A DNA stretch of 64,000 bases from Eledone cirrhosa. Taxonomy: Eukaryota. The position numbers were made by a program, and so were the translations under genes. This document shows positions 12,836 through 25,900 of this stretch, in pieces; position 1 is the first letter of the stretch, and the number at the start of each line of letters is the position of its first letter. The DNA is taken from contig OZ024744.1 of NCBI GenBank assembly GCA_964016885.1, positions 92,566,001-92,630,000 on the forward strand, read 5' to 3'. The notes under the pieces were generated by a model. The model was not told the DNA's origin, did no database searches, and saw only the letters and a list, made by a program, of their open reading frames with translations.

Positions 12836-13390
12836 TCATGGCCATCATTATTAGCACAACCACCACCATCACAACGGCAGGTGGGGGGGGGGGGTGATAT
12901 ATGCAGAAGGAGATTTTTTTCCGAAAGTTAAACGGTTAAATTTGAAAATATTTAATTTATAATATTAGGGTGAAGACTCCAGATTTCAGGATTATTTGCT
13001 GGTTATTTATATATTATTTTTATAAATTCGATAAGTGTGTTATCATTTCTAAACTTCTGAATTTTATGAGGGTAACATTTAAAGGATTTAGCTGGCACAT
13101 AAAGAATGAAATATTATACTGTTGATTATTTACCTAAATTCAAACTGACAAATATACCAACATATTAGGTATGTAAAGCTTTTGAAGTACTTATTGTTAT
13201 AAATATTTAAATAACTATTATGTATATAGGTATATATTAATGAGCCAGTCTGTTTAAGGTAAATAATAACGACGAAGATAAAAATAAAATAAGATAATAG
13301 ATTGAAGGATGTTAAGGATAAATATATACCTATGTATAACTGGGTGTAAATGCACTAATTATTCTTCAACCAAGATATCAACATATTATT

Positions 13391-13580
13391 GGTGGATTGG
13401 CAGTATCGGTAGAGAGTCGGGCGCCATGCTTTGACGCATAGAGTTACGGTCCTTTCCATTCTAAGTTCAAATCCCGCCGAGGTTAACTTTGCCTTTCTTC
13501 CTTACGGGGTCGATAAAATAAAGTACCAGTAATGCACTGGGTAATTGCTGGCCTTGTGCCAAAAGTAGAAACAATTATTA
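13391..13580 (+). mobile_element. SINE family A, full length
   Basis: A box TGGCAGTATCGGT and B box GTTCAAATCCC. The central GCCTTTC.TCCTT.CGGGGTCGATAAAATAAAGTACC resembles the Meta-SINE domain (from memory, unverified). (ATT)n tail. Confidence 0.85.
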
Positions 13581-13738
13581 GATATAGGGATGTATATATA
13601 TAGATATATATTAGGTATTATTAGTGTAGTATACTTTAGGTAAATGATAACAGTTATAATTTTATAAAGTAGAGTTCAACGTGTTACATTTAAATACATA
13701 TATATATATATACAATATTAAATAAATGGAAACTATAT

Positions 13739-13839
13739 CTATAAAACCATATTTATTTCATTATATATATTTCAGGGATAACATATTAACAATATGCTAT
13801 GCCTTCCTCAGACAAAATACAATATAAACAGTTTTATAG
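13739..13839 (-). ncRNA. Minimal type I hammerhead ribozyme motif (Penelope-like)
   Basis: Minus strand: CTGAGGA (13805-13811), 14-bp stem II AGGCATAGCATATT/AATATGTTATCCCT, GAAA (13770-13773), then TATA-TA. Distal stem I CTATAAAAC/GTTTTATAG; the proximal stem I is imperfect. Confidence 0.7.
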
Positions 13840-13945
13840 ATAAATAGATTCGACATACCGTAATATACTCCAAATATTTGTCGAGTGCTTTTATATCAGT
13901 TATAAATATTTACTAGTTGTAACACAACAATTTAAATATAACCTT

Positions 13946-13981
<36 letters not shown>

Positions 13982-14800
13982 AAAACAACAATGAGTACAT
14001 GTATAATACAGAGTTCAAAATAATGTCTATAATAATTTCTAGTTTGGATATTTTCTCTATATTTGAATCATATATATAATAGAAATGTGGTAGGTATATT
14101 TTAAAATATTTAAAAATATATAAAATATAATATATAACTACATACATATTATAATACATTATATTATAAATAAATAAGAGATCAAAAGCGCAACAAAAAT
14201 TCACATTTATATATAAGTTTGAATCCGTCTCAAATTTTAGATTTTATAGTGCAGTAAATATATTTAAAAGAAATATATGCGCATATACTATATTATATTA
14301 TACTATAAATAAGAGATCAACAACTCATTAAAAATGTACAGTTATAGATAAGTTTCATAAAAATTTATGGATTGGGTATTAAACTAAAATTTAAGAGATC
14401 ACAAATGTATTAAAATTTCACATTTATATAAATTCCGTAAATATGTAAGGATTAGGTATTATACTAAATTATAAGCATAGATAGGAAGATAGATAGAGAA
14501 ATATATCACCCCCCCCCCTACCCTTTATTTTTCCCTCTTTATAAATCCTTTTCCAGTGGCTATCATTGGCTGTTATGATTCATGAGACGTTTTCCTAGAT
14601 ATATCGTAGTATCATACATTTTAAAAACTTTTAGAACACTTATAGTATGCAACGTTTTTTCTTACTCACACATTCTCTAATGAATTCATTACGTTTTCGC
14701 ATTTTCTCATAAATAGGCGATATAAGTAAAATTTTCTCTTGGGTTAATCACTACCTTGATTAAATCTTAACCATTTAACATCTCAGAGTATGTCATGTAT

Positions 14801-14860
14801 CATTATATTTTGTCTGATGAGGATGTACTGTTGTACATCCGAAATATGTATAATAAAATG
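14801..14860 (+). ncRNA. Minimal type I hammerhead ribozyme motif (Penelope-like)
   Basis: CTGATGA (14814-14820), perfect 8-bp stem II GGATGTAC-tgtt-GTACATCC, GAAA (14841-14844), then TATG-TA. Stem I is imperfect. Confidence 0.75.
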
Positions 14861-14999
14861 TAATTGATCAAAAGAACATCTATTTTATTAATACTTATAT
14901 TTTAATATTAATAACTCCAGAAAATTATTTTATCGTTGAGTGCTTCCAATCTACTGTAAAACTCATTCTTTGATATAATCATTGAATATTGTTTAACAC

Positions 15000-15072
<73 letters not shown>

Positions 15073-15235
15073 CATACATATCCATATATTTATAACTTTA
15101 ATGATAACAGTGTTGCTATTATTGGGTATAGACTTGACCAGAATGCTTAAAGCTCAATACAATAGGGTTCATGCTGAGCTGGTATATATATATATTTATT
15201 TGTCTGCCTCTCTGTTTTGTTCCCGTCGAAATTTG

Positions 15236-15291
<56 letters not shown>

Positions 15292-15337
15292 GGTGATGAT
15301 GATGATGATGATGATATATATATATATATATATATAT

Positions 15338-16137
15338 ATCATCATCATCATCATCACCATCACCGTTTTACGTCCGTTCTTCCATGCTAGCATGCGTTAG
15401 ACGGGTTGTCCTGTTGTGGGCAGTGTCTGGTCGGCTGACCATGCCTTACTCATACAGGAACTGTTTCTGGCTTGATTTCTACAGCTGGATGCCCTTCCTA
15501 ACACCAACCTCATTTACAGTGAGTGCTGGGTGCTTTTTTTCCGTGGCACCTACATGTCCACTTTACAGTGTGGGCTCGGTGCTTTTTTGCCGTGGCACCT
15601 CCACGACCACTTTGCAGTGGGAGGGTGTGGGGCATATTGTCTATATGATTCAGCTTGTACCCATGGGAGGTCGGGTACTCTGTATTACTGCGTGACGCCC
15701 GAGGTCACGGTCGTGTGTCATCGCCTTTGAGAGGTGTAATTGGGTAAGGTCGGCTTTTATCACCTCATCCCAGGTCTTCTTGGGTCTCCCCACTCCGCAG
15801 TTTCCATAGAGTTCTAGTGCTCTGCACCTTTTTATGCAGCTGTCATCCTTCATACGCAACACATGTCCATACCAACGCAACCGCCTCTCCTGCGCACAGC
15901 ATTTGATTCCTCTTATGCTCAGTCTCTCTCTCAATCCGTTTATGCTTTCCCGTTCACGTATATTACTATTACGCATCCATCGGAGTATGCAGGCTTCGTT
16001 TCTTTCTAATCTACGCAGGTCTTCTTCAGACAGCGCCCAGGTCTCACTACCATGTAACATTGCTGTTCGTATACACGCATCATACAGTCTGCCTTTCATT
16101 TTGAGGGAAAAGACTTTTGCAGCTAGCAGTGGCAGTA
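15338..16137 (-). mobile_element. RTE LINE 3' fragment (long 3' UTR subfamily)
   Basis: ORF 15650-16099 has LHGSETW, RRLRWYGHVLRM and GRPKKTW, followed by a 3' UTR with 48-49 bp repeats and a (GAT)n tail. Confidence 0.92.
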
Positions 16138-16197
16138 TATAAAATAATTAAGTCAAATATGTAAAATTTGGCTTCGTTTATTATAAATTATAGATAT

Positions 16198-16252
16198 ACT
16201 GCTATATATATTTTGATGACAGCCATCATTGACTGTGACCTCTTCAGGCAGT
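16198..16252 (-). ncRNA. Hammerhead ribozyme motif, probably inactivated (GAAA>AAAA)
   Basis: Minus strand: ACTGC-CTGAAGA-GGTCACAGTCA atga TGGCTGTCATC-AAAA-TATATA-TA-GCAGT. Perfect 5-bp stem I, palindromic stem III, and a CpG-type G>A change in the core. Confidence 0.7.
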
Positions 16253-16363
16253 CCGATTTGGTGTGGGAGAGACAGGTACACATGTTGTTGAAGTGTGTTT
16301 TACTCCGTCAACACTCCGATATGTCCAACTCCTGGTTGCGTAAACAACCAACATATACTCAAA

Positions 16364-16428
<65 letters not shown>

Positions 16429-16485
16429 GCAAATAGTAAAAACAATGAAATTAAACAAAATACGGGTAATTCATAGTAAAACTCA

Positions 16486-16630
16486 TTATTTTACGATCGT
16501 TTCTGGGGGGGGGGGGGGGGGGTAGTTCTCCGTATGTTCATTCTATTATTGATCTATGTAAAATATATTACAAATTATCAAAGTAAGAAAATATACATAC
16601 GTCTTCTCTACCCGCCGTCTTCAGAAATAG
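16486..16630 (-). ncRNA. Hammerhead ribozyme motif with very long stem II
   Basis: TATTT-CTGAAGA (16618-16624), ~114-nt imperfect hairpin (GGGTAG/CTACCC, CGTATGT/ACATACG, TGTAA/TTACA), GAAA (16500-16503), then CGATCG-TA-AAATA. Confidence 0.7.
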
Positions 16631-16756
16631 TTATTTCTGAAGACGTATGTATATTTTCTTACTTTGATAATTTGTAATATATTTTACATAGATCACTAAT
16701 AGAATGAACATACGGAGAACTACCCCCCCCCTCCCCCAGAAACGATCGTAAAATAA
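16631..16756 (+). ncRNA. Inverted duplicate hammerhead motif lacking 16 nt at the base of stem II
   Basis: TTATTT-CTGAAGA (16637-16643)...GAAA (16739-16742)-CGATCG-TA-AAATAA. The missing segment lies between GAAGAC direct repeats. Confidence 0.6.
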
Positions 16757-16990
16757 TGAGTTTTACTATGAATTACCCGTATTTTGTTTAATTTCATTGT
16801 TTTTACTATTTGTATTATTTTGACTCCGCTGCCAATGAATTATATCGTTGAAATTTTGTATTTTAAACTTTGTTTCACGACATCTTCCACATGCGGATTA
16901 CATTGAGTTCTTGATAGGGCTTGGACCCTACCATTAATTGGTGGATTTATCTTTGTATATATATATATATATATAAAAAGCAAAGAAAAT

Positions 16991-19900
16991 TTCCTTGGTC
17001 TACCTCTACTGCAGCTTCCTTCCACTGACATTTCCTGGCACTTCTTCACCACCTCAGCCCAGGTCTTCCTTGGACTACCACTACTGTGTCTTCCTTCCAC
17101 TGACATTTCCTGGCCCTTCTTCACCACCTCTGCCCAGGTCTTCCTTGGTCTACCTCTACTGCAGCTTCCTTCCACTGACATTTCCTGGCACTTCTTCACC
17201 ACCTCAGCCCAGGTCTTCCTTGGACTACCACTACTGTGTCTTCCTTCCACTGACATTTCCTGGCACTTCTTCACCACCTCAGCCCAGGTCTTCCTTGGAC
17301 TACCACTACTGTGTCTTCCTTCCACTGACATTTCCTGGCACTTCTTCACCACCTCAGCCCAGGTCTTCCTTGGACTACCACTACTGTGTCTTCCTTCCAC
17401 TGACATTTCCTGGCACTTCTTCACCACCTCAGCCCAGGTCTTCCTTGGACTACCACTACTGTGTCTTCCTTCCACTGACATTTCCTGGCACTTCTTCACC
17501 ACCTCTGCCCAGGTCTTCCTTGGACTACCACTACTGTGTCTTCCTTCCACTGACATTTCCTGGCACTTCTTCACCACCTCAGCCCAGGTCTTCCTTGGAC
17601 TACCACTACTGTGTCTTCCTTCCACTGACATTTCCTGGCACTTCTTCACCACCTCTGCCCAGGTCTTCCTTGGTCTACCTCTACTGCAGCTTCCTTCCAC
17701 TGACATTTCCTGGCACTTCTTCACCACCTCTGCCCAGGTCTTCCTTGGTCTACCTCTACTGCAGCTTCCTTCCACTGACATTTCCTGGCACTTCTTCACC
17801 AGCTCTGCCCAGGTCTTCCTTGGTCTACCTCTACTGCAGCTTCCTTCCACTGACATTTCCTGGCACTTCTTCACCAGCTCTGCCCAGTCTTCTTTGGACT
17901 ACCACTACTGTGTCTTCCTTCCACTGGGATATTTCCTGGCACTTCTTCACCACCTCTGCCCTGGTCTTCCTTGGTCTACCACTACTGTGTCTTCCTTCCA
18001 CTGGGTTATTTCCTGGCACTTCTTCACCACCTCTGCCCAGGTCTTCCTTAGTCTACCTCTACTGCAGCTTCCTTCCACTGACATTTCCTGGCACTTCTTC
18101 ACCAGCTCTGCCCAGGTCTTCCTTGGACTACCACTACTGTGTCTTCCTTCCACTGACATTTCCTGGCACTTCTTCACCAGCTCTGCCCAGGTCTTCCTTG
18201 GTCTACCTCTACTGCAGCTTCCTTCCACTGACATTTCCTGGCACTTCTTCACCAGCTCTGCCCAGGTCTTCCTTGGTCTACCTCTACTGTGTCTTCCTTC
18301 CACTGGGATATTTCCTGGCACTTCTTCAACACCTCTGCCCAGGTCTTCTTTGGTCTACCTCTACTGTGTCTTCCTTCCACTGGGTTATTTCCTGGCACTT
18401 CTTCACCACCTCTGCCCAGGTCTTCCTTGGTCTACCTCTACTGTGTCTTCCTTCCACTGACATTTCCTGGCACTTCTTCACCACCTCTGCCCAGGTCTTC
18501 CTTGGACTACCACTACTGTGTCTTCCTTCCACTGACATTTCCTGGCACTTCTTCACCACCTCAGCCCAGGTCTTCCTTGGTCTACCTCTACTGTGTCTTC
18601 CTTCCACTGACATTTCCTGGCACTTCTTCACCACCTCAGCCCAGGTCTTCCTTGGTCTACCTCTACTGCAGCTTCCTTCCACTGACATTTCCTGGCACTT
18701 CTTCACCACCTCTGCCCAGGTCTTCCTTGCTCTACCTCTATTTGCAGCTTCCTTCCACTGACATTTCCTGGCACTTCTTCACCACCTCTGCCCAGGTCTT
18801 CCTTGGTCTACCTCTACTGTGTCTTCCTTGGGATATTTCCTGGCACTTCTTCACCACCTCTGCCCAGGTCTTCCTTAGTCTACCTCTACTGTGGCTTCCT
18901 TCCACTGGGTTATTTCCTGGCCCGTCTTCACCACCTCTGCCCAGGTTCTCCTTGGTCTACCTCTACTGTGTCTTCCTTCCACTGGGTTATTTCCTGGCCC
19001 GTCTTCACCACCTCTGCCCAGGTCTTCCTTGGTCTACCTCTACTGTGTCTTCCTTCCACTGGGTTATTTCCTGGCACTTCTTCACGACCTCTGCCCAGGT
19101 CTTCCTTGGTCTACCTCTACTGTGTCTTCCTTCCACTGGGTTATTTCCTGGCCCGTCTTCACCACCTCTGCCCAGGTCTTCCTTGGTCTACCTCTACTGT
19201 GTCTTCCTTCCACTGGGTTATTTCCTGGCACTTCTTCACGACCTCTGCCCAGGTCTTCCTTGGTCCACCTCTACTGTGTCTTCCTTCCACTGGGTTATTT
19301 CCTGGCCCTTCTTCACCACCTCTGCCCAGGTCTTCCTTGGTCTACCTCTACTGCAGCTTCCTTCCACTGGGATATTTCCTGGCACTTCTTCACCACCTCT
19401 AACCAGGTCTTCCTTGGTCTACCACTACTGTGTCTTCCTTCCACTGGGATATTTCCTGGCACTTCTTCACCACCTCTGCCCAGGTCTTCCTTGGTCTACC
19501 TCTACTGTGGCTTCCTTCCACTGGGTTATTTCCTGGCCCGTCTTCACCACCTCTGCCCAGGTCTTCCTTGGTCTACCTCTACTGTGTCTTCCTTGGGATA
19601 TTTCCTGGCACTTCTTCACCACCTCTGCCCAGGTCTTCCTTGGTCTACCTCTACTGCAGCTTCCTTCCACTGACATTTCCTGGCACTTCTTCACCACCTC
19701 TGCCCAGGTCTTCCTTAGTCTACCTCTACTGTGGCTTCCTTCCACTGGGTAATTTCCTGGCCCGTCTTCACCACCTCTGCCCAGGTCTTCCTTGGTCTAC
19801 CACTACTGTGGCTTCCTTCCACTGGGTTATTTCCTGGCCCGTCTTCACCACCTCTGCCCAGGTCTTCCTTGGTCTACCTCTACTGTGTCTTCCTTCCACT

Positions 19901-22900
19901 GGGTTATTTCCTGGCCCGTCTTCACCACCTCTGCCCAGGTCTTCCTTGGTCTACCTCTACTGTGGCTTCCTTCCATTGGGATATTTCCTGGCACTTCTTC
20001 ACCACCTCAGCCCAGGTCTTCCTTTGTCTACCTCTACTGTGGCTTCCTTCCACTGGGTTATTTCCTGGCCCGTCTTCACCACCTCTGCCCAGGTCTTCCT
20101 TGGTCTACCTCTACTGTGTCTTCCTTCCACTGGGATATTTCCTGGCACTTCTTCACCACCTCTGCCCAGGTCTTCCTTGGTCTACCTCTACTGTGTCTTC
20201 CTTGGGATATTTCCTGGCACTTCTTCACCACCTCTGCCCAGGTCTTCCTTAGTCTACCTCTACTGTGGCTTCCTTCCACTGGGTAATTTCCTGGCCCGTC
20301 TTCACCACCTCTGCCCAGGTCTTCCTTGGTCTACCACTACTGTGGCTTCCTTCCACTGGGTTATTTCCTGGCACTTCTTCACCACCTCAGCCCACGTCTT
20401 CCTTAGTCTACCTCTACTGTAGCTTCCTTCCACTGGGTTATTTCCTGGCCCGTCTTCACCACCTCTGCCCAGGTCTTCCTTGGTCTACCTCTACTGTGTC
20501 TTCCTTCCACTGGGTTATTTCCTGGCACTTCTTCACCACCTCTGCCCAGGTCTTCCTTGGTCTACCTCTACTGTGTCTTCCTTGGGATATTTCCTGGCAC
20601 TTCTTCACCACCTCTGCCCAGGTCTTCCTTAGTCTACCTCTACTGTGGCTTCCTTCCACTGGGTTATTTCCTGGCCCGTCTTCACCACCTCTGCCCAGGT
20701 CTTCCTTGGTCTACCTCTACTGTGTCTTCCTTCCACTGGGTTATTTCCTGGCACTTCTTCACGACCTCTGCCCAGGTCTTCCTTGGTCTACCTCTACTGT
20801 GTCTTCCTTCCACTGGGTTATTTCCTGGCACTTCTTCACGACCTCTGCCCAGGTCTTCCTTGGTCCACCTCTACTGTGTCTTCCTTCCACTGGGTTATTT
20901 CCTGGCCCTTCTTCACCACCTCTGCCCAGGTCTTCCTTGGTCTATCTCGACTGTGGCTTCCTTCCACTGGGTTATTTCATGGCCCTTCTTCACCACCTCT
21001 GCCCAGGTCTTCCTTGGTCTATCTCGACTGTGGCTTCCTTCCACTGGGTTATTTCCTGGCCCTTCTTCACCACCTTTGCCCAGGTCTTCCTTGGTCTATC
21101 TCGACTGTGGCTTCCTTCCACTGGGTTATTTCATGGCCCTTCTTCACCACCTCTGCCCAGGTCTTCCTTGGTCTACCTCTACTGTGGCTTCCTTCCACTG
21201 GGTTATTTCCTGGCCCTTCTTCACCACCTTTGCCCAGGTCTTCCTTGGTCTACCTCTACTGTGTCTTCCTTCCACTGGGTTATTTCCTGGCCCATCTTCA
21301 CCATCTCTGCCCTGGTCTTCCTTGGTCTACCTCTACTGTGGCTTCCTTCCACTGGGTTATTTCCTGCCCCTTCTTCACCACCTCTGCCCAGGTCTTCCTT
21401 GGTCTACCTCTACTGTGGCTTCCTCCCATGGGTTATTTCCTGGCCCTTCTTCACCACCTCTGCCCAGGTCTTCCTTGGTCTACCTCGACTGTGGCTTCCT
21501 TCCACTGGGTTATTTCCTGGCACTTCTTCACCACCTCTGCCCAGGTCTTCCTTGGTCTACCTCTACTGTGGCTTCCTTCCATTGGGTTATTTCCTGGCCC
21601 TTCTTCACCACCTCTGCCCAGGTCTTCCTTGGTCTACCTCGACTGTGGCTTCCTTCCACTGGGTTATTTCCTCGCACTTCTTCACCACCTCTGCCCAGGT
21701 CTTCCTTGGTCTACCTCGACTGTGGCTTCCTTCCACTGGGTTATTTCCTGGCCCGTCTTCACCATCTCTGCCCTGGTCTTCCTTGGTCTACCTCTACTGT
21801 GGCTTCCTTTAACTGGGTCATTTCCTGCCCCTTCTTCACCACCTCTGCCCTGGTCTTCCTTGGTCTACCTCTACTGTGGCTTCCTTCCACTGGGTTATTT
21901 CCTGCCCCTTCTTCACCACCTCTGCCCTGGTCTTCCTTGGTCTACCTCTACTGTGGCTTCCTTCCACTGGGTTATTTCCTGCCCCTTCTTCACCACCTCT
22001 GCCCAGGTCTTCCTTAGTCTACCTCTACTGTGGCTTCCTTCCATTGGGTTATTTCCTGCCCCTTCTTCACCACCTCTGCCCAGGTCTTCCTTGGTCTACC
22101 TCGACTGTGGCTTCCTTCCACTGGGTTATTTCCTGGCACTTCTTCACCACCTCTGCCCAGGTCTTCCTTGGTCTACCTCTACTGTGTCTTCCTTGGGATA
22201 TTTCCTGGCACTTCTTCACCACATCTGCCCAGGTCTTCCTTGGTCTACCTCTACTGCAGCTTCCTTCCACTGACATTTCCTGGCACTTCTTCACCACCTC
22301 TGCCCAGGTCTTCCTTGGTCTACCTCTACTGTGGCTTCCTTCCACTGGGATATTTCCTGGCACTTCTTCACCACCTCAGCCCAGGTCTTCCTTGGTCTAC
22401 CTCTACTATGTCTTCCTTCCACTGGGATATTTCCTGGCACTTCTTCACCACCTCTGCCCAGGTCTTCCTTGGTCTACCTCTACTGCAGCTTCCTTCCACT
22501 GACATTTCCTGGCACTTCTTCACCACCTCTGCCCAGGTCTTCCTTAGACTACCTCTACTGTGGCTTCCTTCCACTGGGTAATTTCCTGGCCCGTCTTCAC
22601 CACCTCTGCCCAGGTCTTCCTTGGTCTACCACTACTGTGGCTTCCTTCCACTGGGTTATTTCCTGGGACTTCTTCACCACCTCAGCCCAGGTCTTCCTTA
22701 GTCTACCTCTACTGTGGCTTCCTTCCACTGGGTTATTTCCTGGCCCGTCTTCACCACCTCTGCCCAGGTCTTCCTTGGTCTACCTCTACTGTGTCTTCCT
22801 TCCACTGGGTTATTTCCTGGCCCGTCTTCACCACCTCTGCCCAGGTCTTCCTTGGTCTACCTCTACTGTGGCTTCCTTCCATTGGGATATTTCCTGGCAC

Positions 22901-25900
22901 TTCTTCACCACCTCAGCCCAGGTCTTTCTTTGTCTACCTCTACTGTGGCTTCCTTCCACTGGGTTATTTCCTGGCCCGTCTTCACCACCTCTGCCCAGGT
23001 CTTCCTTGGTCTACCTCTACTGTGTCTTCCTTCCACTGGGATATTTCCTGGCACTTCTTCACCACCTCTGCCCAGGTCTTCCTTGGTCTACCTCTACTGT
23101 GTCTTCCTTGGGATATTTCCTGGCACTTCTTCACCACCTCTTCCCAGGTCTTCCTTGGTCTACCTCTACTGTGTCTTCCTTGGGATATTTCCTGGCACTT
23201 CTTCACCACCTCTGCCCAGGTCTTCCTTAGTCTACCTCTACTGTGGCTTCCTTCCACTGGGTTATTTCCTGGCACTTCTTCACCACCTCAGCCCAGGTCT
23301 TCCTTGGTCTACCTCAACTATGTCTTCCTTCCACTGGGATATTTCCTGGCACTTCTTCACCACCTCTGCCCAGGTCTTCCTTGGTCTACCTCTACTGCAG
23401 CTTCCTTCCACTGACATTTCCTGGCACTTCTTCACCACCTCTGCCCAGGTCTTCCTTAGTCTACCTCTACTGTGGCTTCCTTCCACTGGGTAATTTCCTG
23501 GCCCGTCTTCACCACCTCTGCCCAGGTCTTCCTTGGTCTACCACTACTGTGGCTTCCTTCCACTGGGTTATTTCCTGGCACTTCTTCACCACCTCAGCCC
23601 AGGTCTTCCTTAGTCTACCTCTACTGTGGCTTCCTTCCACTGGATTATTTCCTGGCCCGTCTTCACCACCTCTGCCCAGGTCTTCCTTGGTCTACCTCTA
23701 CTGTGTCTTCCTTCCACTGGGTTATTTCCTGGCCCGTCTTCACCACCTCTGCCCAGGTCTTCCTTGGTCTACCTCTACTGTGGCTTCCTTCCATTGGGAT
23801 ATTTCCTGGCACTTCTTCACCACCTCAGCCCAGGTCTTTCTTTGTCTACCTCTACTGTGGCTTCCTTCCACTGGGTTATTTCCTGGCCCGTCTTCACCAC
23901 CTCTGCCCAGGTCTTCCTTGGTCTACCTCTACTGTGGCTTCCTTCCATTGGGATATTTCCTGGCACTTCTTCACCACCTCTGCCCAGGTCTTCCTTGGTC
24001 TACCTCTACTGTGTCTTCCTTCCACTGGGTTATTTCCTGGCACTTCTTCACCACCTCAGCCCAGGTCTTCCTTGGTCTACCTCTACTATGTCTTCCTTCC
24101 ACTGGGATATTTCCTGGCACTTCTTCACCACCTCTGCCCAGGTCTTCCTTGGTCTACCTCTACTGCAGCTTCCTTCCACTGACATTTCCTGGCACTTCTT
24201 CACCACCTCTGCCCAGGTCTTCCTTAGTCTACCTCTACTGTGGCTTCCTTCCACTGGGTAATTTCCTGGCCCGTCTTCACCACCTCTGCCCAGGTCTTCC
24301 TTGGTCTACCTCTACTGTGGCTTCCTTCCATTGGGATATTTCCTGGCACTTCTTCACCACCTCTGCCCAGGTCTTCCTTGGTCTACCTCTACTGTGTCTT
24401 CCTTCCACTGGGTTATTTCCTGGCACTTCTTCACCACCTCAGCCCAGGTCTTCCTTGGTCTACCTCTACTATGTCTTCCTTCCACTGGGATATTTCCTGG
24501 CACTTCTTCACCACCTCTGCCCAGGTCTTCCTTGGTCTACCTCTACTGCAGCTTCCTTCCACTGACATTTCCTGGCACTTCTTCACCACCTCTGCCCAGG
24601 TCTTCCTTAGTCTACCTCTACTGTGGCTTCCTTCCACTGGGTAATTTCCTGGCCCGTCTTCACCACCTCTGCCCAGGTCTTCCTTGGTCTACCACTACTG
24701 TGGCTTCCTTCCACTGGGTTATTTCCTGGCACTTCTTCACCGCCTCAACCCAGGTCTTCCTTAGTCTACCTCTACTGTGGCTTCCTTCCACTGGGTTATT
24801 TCCTGGCCCGTCTTCACCACCTCTGCCCAGGTCTTCCTTGGTCTACCTCTACTGTGTCTTCCTTCCACTGGGTTATTTCCTGGCCCGTCTTCACCACCTC
24901 TGCCCAGGTCTTCCTTGGTCTACCTCTACTGTGGCTTCCTTCCACTGGGATATTTCCTGGCACTTCTTCACCACCTCAGCCCAGGTCTTCCTTTGTCTAC
25001 CTCTACTGTGGCTTCCTTCCACTGGGTTATTTCCTGGCCCGTCTTCACCACCTCTGCCCAGGTCTTCCTTGGTCTACCACTACTGTGTCTTCCTTGGGAT
25101 ATTTCCTGGCACTTCTTCACCACCTCAGCCCAGGTCTTCCTTGGTCTACCTCTACTGTGTCTTCCTTGGGATATTTCCTGGCACTTCTTCACCACCTCTG
25201 CCCAGGTCTTCCTTGGTCTACCTCTACTGTGTCTTCCTTGGGATATTTCCTGGCACTTCTTCACCACCTCTGCCCAGGTCTTCCTTAGTCTACCTCTACT
25301 GTGGCTTCCTTCCACTGGGTAATTTCCTGGCCCGTCTTCACCACCTCTGCCCAGGTCTTCCTTGGTCTACCACTACTGTGGCTTCCTTCCACTGGGTTAT
25401 TTCCTGGCACTACTTCTCCACCTCAGCCCAGGTCTTCCTTAGTCTACCTCTACTGTGGCTTCCTTCCACTGGGTTATTTCCTGGCCCGTCTTCACCACCT
25501 CTGCCCAGGTCTTCCTTGGTCTACCTCTACCGTGTCTTCCTTCCACTGGGTTATTTCCTGGCCCGTCTTCACCACCTCTGCCCAGGTCTTCCTTGGTCTA
25601 CCTCTACTGTGTCTTCCTTCCACTGGGTTATTTCCTGGCCCGTCTTCACCACCTCTGCCCAGGTCTTCCTTGGTCTACCTCTACTGTGGCTTCCTTCCAT
25701 TGGGATATTTCCTGGCACTTCTTCACCACCTCAGCCCAGGTCTTTCTTTGTCTACCTCTACTGTGGCTTCCTTCCACTGGGTTATTTCCTGGCCCGTCTT
25801 CACCACCTCTGCCCAGGTCTTCCTTGGTCTACCTCTACTGTGTCTTCCTTCCACTGGGATATTTCCTGGCACTTCTTCACCACCTCTGCCCAGGTCTTCC

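Larger units (their letters stand above)
16424..16818. repeat. ~395-bp near-perfect palindrome carrying two divergent hammerhead motifs
   Basis: Arms 16424-16606 and 16639-16818 are reverse complements apart from a few substitutions and G/C-run length. The centre has a GTCTTCAGAAATA/TATTTCTGAAGAC hairpin. Confidence 0.92.

Noticed and set aside
12900-12935. Hammerhead-like GAAGGA...TCCGAAAGTTA
   Set aside because: The CTGANGA box is absent and there is no stem I; too degenerate to call.
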